NCBI GenBank assembly: GCA_964188305.1
Contig: OZ076887.1
DNA length: 64,000 nucleotides
Strand: one strand, 5' to 3'
Source: Podarcis bocagei
Taxonomy: Eukaryota
Made by a program: the position numbers and the translations under genes. The notes under the pieces are model-generated. The model was not told the origin of the DNA. It did no database searches and saw only the letters and a program-made list of their open reading frames with translations. The first letter of the stretch is position 1; every line of letters starts with the position of its first letter. Below are positions 11,190 to 22,730 of this stretch, in pieces.

Positions 11190-14100
11190 CTTGTTTGAAT
11201 TAGCACAGGTTCACTACCAGATGTGGCAAAGAATGGTAGGGGACGCTGAAATCCTGGCCTGCGATCAGAGGAACTCCTCCGTACAAAAGGTTGGGGATTG
11301 GCAGCACTGAGGGACACCCTCCTCTGTTGATCCCCACATTGCCTGAGATGTTTGCTGTTCCTCTGCGCAAATGCTGACCCTTCAGGATGGTCCGCCATAG
11401 CCTCTGTTGTGGAGCTGTTAGGTGGCAACACCGGTTTGGCTTCAAATAACGAGGAAGTGGCTGGACAAAATATTGAGCGTGTATTGCTGACAATCTTCAG
11501 GATGGGAGTCTGCTGCTCATTCCCAGAGTCCAGGTGATTTCGTAATCCTTTGTGCAACCAAGATGGGGAAGTCGGTGGGGATGGGGTTGTTGAGAAAGGA
11601 GGTGGGCTTGCTTCTCTGCGGAGTGCTGGTGGGCTGGACACTTTCCGGTTGGTTGGTGGGCTCTGCTGCTTGCGTCCCAACAGTGGGCTAGACAGGTTTT
11701 GTTGGGTTGGTGGGGAAGGCTGCTTCCTTTGTGTTGGAGAGCTTGATGCCCTGGGATTAGCAGGGGGGCTTGGCTGCCGGTGGGTAGTGGGGGAAGAAGC
11801 TTGGTTTATGTGCCTCTGATGTAGTGGTGGGCTTGGGAGCCTTTTCTCACTGGGGGGTGATGAAGGTGGTGTTCTTGCGGGGGACACCCGTTTGGTAAAG
11901 GCAGTCATTTTCTCACTTCCACTGGGTGAATCAGGAGAGCCTCGCTTTTGAGCTGAAGCTGAAGGTGTGCTACAGTCTTTATTTCCTGGCTCAGGTGCAT
12001 CCTGTTCTGGCATTTCTTTAGGATTTTGAAGAGGTATGAGCTTACATGTCTGCTTATACAGATCCGTAGTTTCTTCCACTTCATGTTCCTCTGGGGATGC
12101 TGATGAAATGTCTTGGTGGTTATCAGACACATAGCTGGAATTCAACTCCAGGGAATATTTTCTTGGTCTGAAGTCCACCCTAGCGCTTTTTGTTGCTTTG
12201 TTAGTAATGAGACTGGGACTGTTCAGATTCTTACTCGGTAACAAGTCAATTGAACACAGAGAAGCTTTCATTCGCTGAGAAATGTGATTAACTTTTTTAG
12301 CGGTGAAATGCTCATTTGTTTTAGCAATTTCTGAATAGTTTTCTCCTGTTGTTGCATCTTTTGGATATGTAGCTGAATCAGGTGAGATGTCCATCAACAT
12401 GTCAGGAGGTGGTGGGGGCAGGTCTTCCATGTCATCACTGTCATCGCCATCATCATCAGAATCCCCATTTGTGCCACTTCCGCTTGCAAATACAGGTGAC
12501 CCAGTGGTACCCAAGGTAAAGTGTGCTGGACTGATGTTTCGACAATTTATGTCTCCTATTGGTGAAACTCTATGTTTGTGATTTAAAGGCGCAAGTCCTC
12601 TAGGAAGTGGGAGACTGGGAGTGATGCTTGGAAGTCCAAACTTTCTGACGCATTTTATTGGGCCCAAAATTCTTAAACTTGGAGGTTTCACAAGACTTTC
12701 CGCGGTGCTGAATGTTTCAATTAACTTCTTTACAGATTTGCGGGGTGGAGCACAACCAACACTGTTCAGCTTCTGTGTTCCAGGAAGCTCATTTTCTTCC
12801 TTAGATGTTGGATCCATTGGGGGTGTGGTGCTTGTGACAGGCTTTCGACATTTCCTTTCACCAGTCTGTTGGCTGATAGCATTTTGATCACACCTAAACA
12901 AAGGGACTTTATCTTGATTAGGCAATATGCTGAAGTTTTTAGCAAGAGATGCTTTCAGTTTCTTAGTGGAAGATCTATGAATAACATGCTCAGAATCTTG
13001 CAAGTTAGATGGCTCTTTGGGGTTCAGTGATGCTGTCTTATCGTTTAGATCCTTGTTTCCATTAAGTGTGTAAAACATTTCCAGCCTTTTGTCAAGCCCC
13101 TTCTGAGTCCTTTGAAGTTCTAAAAGGGTTGGGTCCTCGGCATGACTTTTCAGAGACTCCTCTGACCTAGACCTTTTCTTTTTAACTGGTGCCTTCTGGC
13201 TTCCAGCTGCTGTGCTAGGCCGCCGCAGCATCTTCCCATTTTCATCTTCCACCCAATCCCTCTTCCCAGATTTAGCAGGGACAAACTTGATCTTTTCACT
13301 AATGGCAACTTTCATCTTGAGTGTAATTTCCTCATTCTCTGGGCTCTCTATCCGTTTGGTGGAAGGCCGCCGTTTACTGTAGGTTGCTGCAGGCGAAGAT
13401 GTGGGCTGTTCTTTAGTTCCCTTTTCAGACAGACTTAAATTGTCACCTTCTTCAGAAAAGCTACTATCATCACTGTCTTCATTTGTGGTTGATTCACAGT
13501 CTTTGAAACAACCGCCCTCATGAATGACGCCACAATTCATAGAGTTAGGAGAAGAGGTTTTGGAGATGTTTTGATATTGCAGAACAGTGCTTCCTGGAGC
13601 TACAGCTGAAGAAGGCATTACACCCTTGGTGGGTGCAGGTGGGTAAAATATATCCTTAAATTGTCTTTCCAGGGCACAGTCGTGGGATCTGCCTGTGGCA
13701 TGTAGTGAAGGGCATGACCACTGGATTTCACCTGATGGCCTGGCTGGATTTAAGGATGGGTGGTCATGTGAAGAAGAATCACAATTTTTTTGTATTCCCT
13801 GTTTATCAAGAAGGTTCAGGTCTTTGACCGATTCGCTGTCAATCCCAATCCCACTGTCTTCAGAATAAAGAGTCATATCATCAGGATGAGAGTGAGAGGG
13901 TTTGACTGCAGATGCTTCAAGGAGTTTTATTGTCCTGAGCAAGCGCTCATCAAAAGCTTGTTTTGCTTTCAGTTTTTCCTCCAAGCTGCTACCTGCAGAC
14001 TGTAGAAAGCTACAGGACTCCTGCAGGGCATCAGATGTTAAAGAGGCCACAGTGCCATTTAACAGCTGCATCTTATTGACTGTGTACTGTAGTAACTGCT

Positions 14101-14935
14101 GCAAGAGATCTGGCTGTTCTTTCAGGTTCCCTTTGCCAGCTGGCCAAGCAAGATTCCCTCCCACATCTCTTAGTAGGCCTTCTCCATCTTGGGCAATTTC
14201 TCCCAAAAGATGGTTGATTTCATCAAAACGAAGGAGTAAAAAGCTCACCATCTGCTGCATAATTAGTTGCGTTTCCGTGGCCTGGTTGGCCATGCACAAG
14301 ATAACCTCGTATTTGGAGAGGTTGGGGTTTAAATAGGCATAAGCATTTTGATGGGCTTTAACAAGCAACTCTGGGAAATCCACCTTCTCCTCTGCCTTGC
14401 ATTCGGGTGGGGTGGGTTTTTCTTTAATTTTGCAATGACGGCCTTGTTTTCTCTGCCTGATGCTCTTTTGCTTTTTCCCTTTCTTTGGATTTTGCTTTTC
14501 ATTGTTTGCATCGTTGTCTTCCAAAGCAAAGCCAATTTCTTCCGATGCAGAAGAGTTTTGCTTTCTGACCTTAATATCCTCAACCATATGGGTGGGAGAC
14601 ACCGTCAGTTCAGATATGGCTATCTCAGTCTCTGAGATTACCCTTTCCATTTCCTTCTCTTCCTGGTCAATCTCAGGCAGAGAAGGATCCTCAGAGGAGG
14701 AGCGGAAATTAACATTTTTGTCCTCATCTGATGAATTTTCAAAGAAGTGATCTTTAATTTGAGTCTCTCTCTGGCACAACTCCTCAAGATCATATGAAGA
14801 GGAGCATTTGATCAGCATTGGGAGCTGGGACCCTTCGCCCTCGGGATCAACTGGCAGGATACCCCTGTTCAGTGACTTGATTCCATGGGTCACATTATGG
14901 TTAGCAATATCACTGTGTGAAGGAGTGCAGCCCAT
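11190..14935 (-). CDS. PCARE: Photoreceptor cilium actin regulator (C2orf71), coding exon 1 (3746 nt, ends in phase 2)
   Basis: The ORF begins MGCTPSHSD (G2 myristoylation, C3 palmitoylation) and contains KVDFPELLVKAHQNAYAYLNPNLSKYE, EDSGIG, EDPTLLELQR, SVKKLIETFS and EDLPPPPP, which match PCARE as I recall it. The ORF stop lies inside a donor, ACAAG|GTAAGA at 11190/11189. Confidence 0.97.
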
Positions 14936-15199
14936 TATGCTCCTCTTCCTATCCTTCTTTACTCCTGAAAAATATCCAACTGATCTAGGAAGGAATAAAA
15001 AGGCAGAAAAAACTTACAAGTTCAGTTGATGTTAGGATCTTATGCTTCTGATGAAGCTTTCATCTTGAACAGCCCACAGTTTGGTAGGTTGCCTTCTTAG
15101 CTATTACAAACTTCAGCGTTCCCAGTGCATCTCTCCACAAATGTGCACAGTGTATTCTTCGCCTTTGCAATTTCCCCTTTGGATGCAAAGCAGCAGCGC

Positions 15200-15350
15200 A
15201 CAAGCTCCATCGCCTTTAGCCTGAGCTAGTGGATTAAGCGTGCTTGTGTTGTGTGTATCTTGCTTTTGCCTTGACAGATGTCTACGAGAAATAAGATTTT
15301 AAGCTTATTAGGCTAAGTAGCCCTCAGCTAGTTTGTTGCATTTATAAAAG
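15200..15350 (-). promoter_or_regulatory. PCARE proximal promoter candidate: CRX/OTX site (GGATTA 15231-15236) and TATAAA (minus, 15341-15346)
   Basis: Motifs lie 300-400 bp upstream of the ATG of a photoreceptor-specific gene. The TSS was not determined. Confidence 0.45.
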
Positions 15351-16861
15351 GACTTTCTTGTTACATGCTGCATTTGACAAATTAGGTGCTTACACATTAC
15401 AATAAATTTCCCCATGATGTCTCATCACTAAGGTGCACTTGCTGCTTTTGCAATCCTAAAAAATAAAAGGGTCAGTTGTAAGGCAGTTCTTCCAGAAAAT
15501 ATCCATTTGAATGGCAAAGCACCACTGCATGGACACGTGCAAGGGCAAAGCATGACGTTGGGAGGATAATGTCAATCAGGAAGAAAGCACAGCACTCCAA
15601 GTCAAAAGAGGTAAGAGATGGAAATGCCTATTTAGGCCATGCATTCGAGAGTGTCTCCAACTTTTCTGACCTGCAACGTCAAAACAGTTTTCCTTCTGAT
15701 GCATCTCACACGTGCTTCAGCCACCCTTTCCTTCCCCAAACCTATGGTGCTACATTGCACGATATTGTAAATGTCAAGAGTTAATTAAGTTTGATTCAGA
15801 GAAGATCTCTTGAAATTAGTGTACCAAAGGTAGTCATGCCTGTGTGAGCCCACTCACAGTAGGAATAACATTAGATGCAACCCTAAATAATTATTCAAAA
15901 GCAGTACCCGACTGAAGTTATAAAATTATATGGTAAGTAACAGAATCTTGTTGTGCTAATGTGGCATTGATTTCAAGTTTTAGGTGGTGCACCAGCCCAC
16001 TTCACACCGTTGCTTGGCTGTGGCCAAGTCATTGTCGCTCAGTCTAACCAACCCCACATGACTGCTGTAAGATTAAAATAAAACAACTAATGGTTTAGGA
16101 TACTGTTGTGATGATTAAAGGCTAAAGCTTTGTTGCAGCAAACAGAGGAGCAGACAGAAGAATGGAAATTTTGAAGGAGGGCTGAAGTGGTGCAGAAATT
16201 TTAAAGGAGAGGATGAAATGGTGCAGAAGGAAATGAAATGTTTGTTTGCTCACCTGTGCAAAAAAATACAAGAACATATTTATGCAGCAGATCTTCTCCT
16301 TGTTTTTCAGATTAAATTTTGATGAGTTTATAACTTCGCATCTACCAAGAGATGCACTGATGAGTTCTTTGAATGATACATGGATGACAGTTTGTCTGTC
16401 TGAATACTAATGAGGAAGATGACGAGGCTATATTTTTCAAGGAAAATTTGGAATAGCCATGGTTATCCACAGGCAGTTAGTATCTGCTTAATAATATGCA
16501 AATATGACTTTTGCACATGTCATGCTGCCTTTTCTAGCGCCATTGAACATAATTTGGAAGGATGTTATTAATTTCAAAACAGTGGGGAATGCGCTGGTGA
16601 AGCTGCTCCCTTCCCACAGGTCAACTCTGACAGATGGGTGGGATCACTCACTTTTCAGTCACATGGCATCATCATGACATCAGATGATTGACAGATGGGT
16701 AGGGCCAATGAATCGTCAATTCCGTTGCTACCCCCAATGGCAGCCTCATTTCCTGTCTCGGTGTTTCCCGAGTCTCAGATGGAAGCGAGCGTTTAATGTG
16801 TGAAGTAGGAGTTGGAAGTAGGAGGGAAGTGTACACAACCTCATGCCAATGTGGAAGTTAC

Positions 16862-17133
16862 TGTAAGCTGTCAGCTATGTAATATAAGGTAATGCATGTT
16901 CTTTGTATTTTAATCCATTTACTGTATTTATTTTTCCTGATTTGAACTATAAAATGGTGAGGGAGATCAAATCAAATCAAATCTGATCTCCCCCACCATT
17001 TTATAGTTCAAATCAGGAAAAATAAATACAGTAAATGGACAAAAATACAAAGAACATGCATTACCTTATATTACATAGCTGACAGCTTACATTTACTGTA
17101 TTTATTTTTCCTGATTTGAACTAGAAAATGGTG
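16862..17133. repeat. 108-bp inverted repeat (16862-16969 / 16984-17091) followed by a 44-bp direct duplication
   Basis: Arms match at 105 of 108 positions around a 14-nt (AAATC)n-type loop. 17090-17133 repeats 16916-16959 with 1 mismatch. Confidence 0.95.
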
Positions 17134-17934
17134 GTTTTCTTGAGTCAAAAGGAGAGTACCCCTAAACATTTTTTTAAAGAAAAAAAGCAATGGGTTTGAC
17201 CTACCAGTCAAAGTTGACTTACAGGGTGGGAGGAGATAAGAATATAGACCATTTGGCCAGAAATATTTCCCACCTTTGGTCTAGAGCACTGCATCTTCCC
17301 AACACAAACTTAATATGAATGTTTGTCAAATACCTGACATCCTCAAAAATAAAAAAGTTATGCAACAGCAAAGCAATATTTTGTTTAATCCTTTAATCTT
17401 CTTTTTGTCTTCTTGCCTCCTATAGTCTGGCTACAATATCTTCTTTTTGCATTTAACTTTGACTTGGCGTACAAGAATACCTGCAGCAGTTCTTGGGTGG
17501 CCTATGAATTATTCACCAGAGTTGCATATCTCGGCATCGTGGTTGCATTTACTAATCTGTTCTGTGCCAAGAGCTGGATGAAGACAAGCTGGTGCAGCTG
17601 ATTAGTCTAATGAAAATGCCCTTTAGGTAATTTTGGATGGGTTCCATCTACTTTACATCCAATACAATCCAGAAATGTAATCTGTTTGCATACTCTAGTC
17701 TCATGAACATTTTCACAGGGCATGGGAGATTTGGTATTGTGTTTGTTTATAATATTTATATGCCACCTTTATGAATTATGTATCTATTACTTTTTCAACG
17801 TATGCATTATTTTTTACAATTCTCATCCCATGTAACCTTACAATAACCTTGTGAGGAAAATTTCCAGTGTGAGAAGAGTATATTATCAAACACTTACTGG
17901 GTTGGAAAAGAATCCACTCACATATCTAATCTAA

Positions 17935-18223
17935 GTCCCCATTTGCACCATATATAAAGCAGTAGGGCTTTTAACCGTCAGGGCTCTCCCCAAGGAATTC
18001 TGGAAACTGTAGTTTTTAAGACTGCTGAGAGTTGTTAGGAGATTGCTATTCCTCTCACAGAGCTACAGTTCTCAGAATTCCCTGGGAAGAGGGATTGGCT
18101 GAGGAGAATAAGGGTTTCATATCAACTCTCAGCTCCCTTAACAAACCACAGTTCCCAGGATTGTTTAAGGAAAGTCATCCTTGTTTAAAAGTGTATGTTT
18201 AAATGTGTAGTTCAGATGGGGTC
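17935..18223. mobile_element. PIF/Harbinger-like MITE with TAA TSD
   Basis: TAA-gtccccatttgcac ... gttcagatggggtc-TAA, with internal aactgtagt/ctacagtt repeats. Relatives at 28039-28233 and about 20655-20790. Confidence 0.7.
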
Positions 18224-19139
18224 TAACACACTTATGTGCTGTGCAAAATAGCATTCTCAAACGGAGAGGCAGGTATCTTTCTGGTGCAGTATGCAGGCAG
18301 TTGTTAAGGAGAGAACAACTTTCCTGACCACTCTCTCCCTATGCAGGTTGTGTCTTTGTGTTGATACACAATATCCACTTTTTCCTATTTTGTACAGGAC
18401 AATGATAGTTGGTGTTGAAGCAAATTTTACACACTCTACTTTCGTAGGATTTCTCCCTTTTGGACCTTAAAACATACTTCAGAATCAAATCAGATGGAGT
18501 CTCTTTCCTCCTTATCTGCTTTCTCTGTGTCTTCCAATATAATTGGGTCACTTTTGTCCGCCCCATTACAGGTACACCGCTTGTCTGTAGTACGAAGTGA
18601 AATAGATTATCTATGAAACCCCCTGAGATGAAGACTATTAGAATGGTGATACGTTTTAGTGGTGCTATAAAGTGTGCTGAAAGCACTACGCGCCTCATGT
18701 TCTCTTCATGCAGGTCAGTAAAGGTCTGCAATACTAGTCTTTAACTAGACAAAATCGAATGAGGTATGCTGAGATGTTTTACTGCGAAACACCTTCACGG
18801 TGTGTACAAGTACACATTTAGAGGCTGATTCAGGGCATCCAGCAATTAATTCGGCGATCCCACTTCCATTAGTTTTGCATGGAGTGGAAGCGATAGGAAT
18901 TTAGCAGCTGCAAGCTCATGTGCAAGAGTTTGCTTCACTTAAAAGCAAATCAGCAAATCAATGTCAATGTAGATTGCGTGGAACAAGGAAAACAGCTGTG
19001 TTTTTTCTATTTCTCATGTGTTAAACCCGTAATTATCTGATGATTCATCACAGCACAAAAGAGCCTCCCTGACAATGGAACTTGAGCAATATCTTGAACA
19101 CTAAATTTGCCGCTTTTTACATAAATAAAGGGTGAATCA

Positions 19140-19704
19140 CAGCTGAGTGACAATCTGGTTAGGGGGCTTAGTGGGACACCCAGCTTTATACATTACACCA
19201 GTGTTGAGAGATCTACACTGGCTGCCTCTTAGCCACTGAGCCAAGTTCAAGGTGTTGTTGTTGACACTGAAAGCCCTGAACAACTTAAGGCTTGGACATC
19301 TAGCAGACCACCTCCCTGGGCAGAGACCAGGATGATCTTTAGAATCTCCCAAGGAGACCTTGCTGGTAAACCACAACCAACAGACTGTCACTTGGTGACA
19401 ATGCAGAAGCAAGACTTCTCAGTGATAGCACCCACCCTCTGGAAAGACCTTCCTCATGAGGCTGAGACAGCAATTACCTTTAGATGCCTCTTGGAAAAGT
19501 ATATCTTTACCGAAGCTTTCCTGGATTTCAGTTTTTAATTTTTAATTATCTGTTTTGTACGCTGCTCAATTTTCTTTGTGATGTATAGTTTCGATCTCGT
19601 TTTTAGGAAATTTTACAGAATGTCACTGTTGTGTTTTTATTGCTTTTATGTAAACTATTAGATATTTGTATTACATTAAACTTTTTTTAAAATAAATAAA
19701 TAAA
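19140..19704 (+). mobile_element. L2 LINE 3' fragment
   Basis: Translates to ITPVLRDLHWLPL...KFKVLLLTLKALNNL and FSVIAPTLWKDLP, typical of the L2 ORF2 C-terminus. Ends in a (TAAA)n tail. Confidence 0.8.
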
Positions 19705-20464
19705 TACTCTAGTGTGATGTAAGTATTGAGATTACAGAATCCTACCATTAGCCTCCAAGTATTTTAAAATTCTCTCATGTTCCCTAGTCTGGTGCTACTG
19801 CTTATTTAGCTGTTCATGTCTAAACACCCTACCATAAAACTTAGTTTCAGAATTAGCAGTAGATTTTGCTAAGTGTGGGGGCCCAACCCTTGTTTTCTTA
19901 CAAAACAGTGCAATCAGAAGTCAACACTATTTCCAAACACTGTTCTGCTCCAACAAGCTATGCAAGTTACCAGTCTCATCTTGCCTTTCTTGGGGCGCCC
20001 AATAAAAAAATCTTGGCTGGGCAGGTAATTTTATAATAACTACCTGGCATTAAGGCTTCTTTCTCATGGGTGAGATGGTAAAATCTGTCTGACTATACCA
20101 CTTCAGACTAAGATTGGAGCTCCTGCTGTTAATTATTACGTTTTTATCTCACCCTTTTCTCCAAAGAATTCCAAACAGTTCCCTGAACACAGAAAACTTG
20201 AATGTCAGGGTGTTCTTTTAAAAACTCAGCTGCCTCCCTGTGATGGTGGTGTCTCAGCTGGAGGTATTCAATCATACGATGTCCGTGCTTACAATCTGCG
20301 GTGGTGCGTTCAAGACCCAGGGTTGCCATTCCCACCTGCTGTACTCGTGCAAAGTATTACTTCTGGCATAGGCTTCATTTAAATCTAACATAGTCTGATT
20401 CTTAACCTCAGTTTTGTTTGTGCACACACCCCTTATCAAATGTAAATAGATACCTTGGTAATGC

Positions 20465-20616
20465 AACACTCAGGAGGTTGTGGACTCTCCTTCATCAGAG
20501 GTTTTTAAGCAAATGTTGGATGGCCACCTGTCATGGATGCTTTAGATGACATTTCTAAATTGCAGGTGGTTGGACTAGATGACCCTCGGGATCCCTTCTA
20601 ACTCTACAATCCTATG
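20465..20616 (+). mobile_element. CR1 3' terminus
   Basis: gaggtttttaagc...ttggatggccacctgtc...ggttggactagatgaccctcggg...aactctacaatcctatg. Confidence 0.8.
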
Positions 20617-21549
20617 CACATTTACCCATAAATGCCAGTGTTGTCAAGGGACTTAGATCCACACCACACATTTAAAGCAAATGTCCTCTCCCAAAGAATC
20701 CTGGGAACTGTAGTTTAAGGGTGCTGGGGACAGTGGCCCTACTAGGGGAAAGCCAAAGTTCCTAGGATTATTTTAGGGAAGTACCGGTAATGTACTTAGA
20801 CCTAACTTCTGAAACTCACATCATGCATATAAAGCACAACCAATGCACATTTGGTTTCAGAAGTTAGGTCTTACTGAATTCATCTTATTGAAGATTCTTA
20901 CACCCAGGGAAGTTGGGATGTAGCCTGTTTGCATATATGGCTGTAGTTCAAGGATAAAAATTTAAAATTAGCTGAGAGAAAGCACCATTAATCTGAATAA
21001 ATATGCACATGCACTATGGAAACTTACTCATTTTTTTGTATTGTTTGTAGCTTTCAAGGCCAGTATTTTACTTTTCATTGCAATTCTACACTTACTAGGG
21101 AGCAAGATCCAATGGCAGATTCTGCTAGAAAGGTGTATCGCAGCACCAACACTGATATGCGTAATTTAATAATGGAAAGTCAAAATGACTTGCTTTAAAA
21201 TCAGTTTGTTTTTCAGAAAAAGACACTGCAGTATTATGTAAACATTCCACTGTCAGCTTTTTAGGCCACAAGTGCTGGGCACCACGAACAACTGCGGACA
21301 TTTCCTGAATTAAAACTTACACACCGCTGCCCGCTTTGAGCAAATGAATCATTACTTGCAGCGTTCTAAGGGACTGTTAGTGAACACACACAACACACAC
21401 CTATACTGCTTTTTGTATTTGTTGCACAGGATGTCATTCTCTCTTGCCAGTTTTATCTGCGTTAGATTTTAAGTTTTCCTTTCGGTATGACTAATTGAAC
21501 AAACAAATAAATAATTTGCGGTGCTTCAAGGTGCTTTTTGCACTGCTTC

Positions 21550-22730
21550 TGTGACTGCGACCCTGTGCACTTTGCGACGTTTGTGACGCCTTTGAAGCGG
21601 TTTCCAAGCCAGGCTTGCTGCTTTCACCCAACCCGCCGCATTGTCATTTTTGCAAAAAACCACCAAACTGCGGAGAACGCGGCAACAGTGGCCGCGCGAA
21701 GCGGCGCGCGCTGAGCTCCGAGCCACTGCGGGCTGCGCGAGACTCCCGCCCCCACTCGCCTCTCATCCGCTTCATTAGCGAGGAGAAGCGGAGGAAGAAG
21801 AAGAGAGGTGATGCGCGCAGGCGCAGGCGCACGAGGCCCGCGTGGGGAGGGAAGGGGGAAAAGAGAGCCAAAGACCACACACACACACCGAATGTGGGCG
21901 TGGCCTGACGCGCCGTTTCCTAGGAGCCGAAAGTGGAAGAAGGTCGAGTATGTAAAGCAGAGGGGCGGAGCCAAGGCCGCTCACTGGCTGAGAGCGAGGG
22001 TGAAGGGGCGGGGCCTAACGCCTCAACCTCTTGCTGCGCCTCAGGGATGGCGGATGATGGTGATCGACGGTGGGGGGGGCGGGGCATGGGAGGCGAGCGA
22101 GGGCGGGGGCGGCGCCTGGAGGGAACGGGGATTCATCCTTCCCCTCGCTCCTCTCCCTTGTCTCAGGGAGCCTCCGTTGGGCGGAGAGGACAGGTAAAGG
22201 CGCGGGGGGGGGGCGTGTGAAGGAGCCGCTGTCACCTTGGCTTGCTTTCCTTTCCGGCTGTCTCTGGGGAGGGGGGAGGCCGGTGTGTTGCTGAGGGGGG
22301 GGGAGGAAGGGGGCTGGGCAGGCGGTGCTGCTGCTCAGCCCCAAAGGCGGGGGGGGGGAGATGCTGGAGGGGGCGGCCTAGGTAAGCCTACCTTTGTGAT
22401 GTGATGTGGGGGGGCGTGGCGCGGTGAGGGGGCCGGGGAACGTCTGAACGGAGCACTTTCTGGCACGCCCACGTGGAGTTTGTAGGCATGGTCCTTGGTG
22501 GGGGGAAATAGCGCTGCCGGTGGATTTGTGGAGAGGTTTTTTTGGGGGGTGGGGAGTCAAGCGGCTCTGAAAAGGTGACTTCTAGTGGGGGGGGGGAGAA
22601 ATGAAGGGCAAAGGTGTGTGGGTTGCAGCTGACGGGAAGGACGCGGGAATCCTCCGAGAAGAGTGGGGTCAAATGCAGAGAGAGGGGCTTGCGTTGCTGT
22701 GCGCGTGGGCTCCGGAGGGACCCATTGGGG
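21550..22730 (+). promoter_or_regulatory. CpG-island promoter and non-coding first exon region of CLIP4
   Basis: Abrupt GC/CpG-rich block. It has overlapping NRF1-like GCGCAGGCGC motifs (21812-21831), GC boxes (about 21962, 22005, 22076) and candidate donors CAG|GTAAAG (22193) and TAG|GTAAGC (22381). Confidence 0.85.

Noticed and set aside
11200-15029. Multiple 60-144 aa ORFs overlapping PCARE exon 1
   Set aside because: These are alternative or antisense frames of a large exon, with no recognisable domains.
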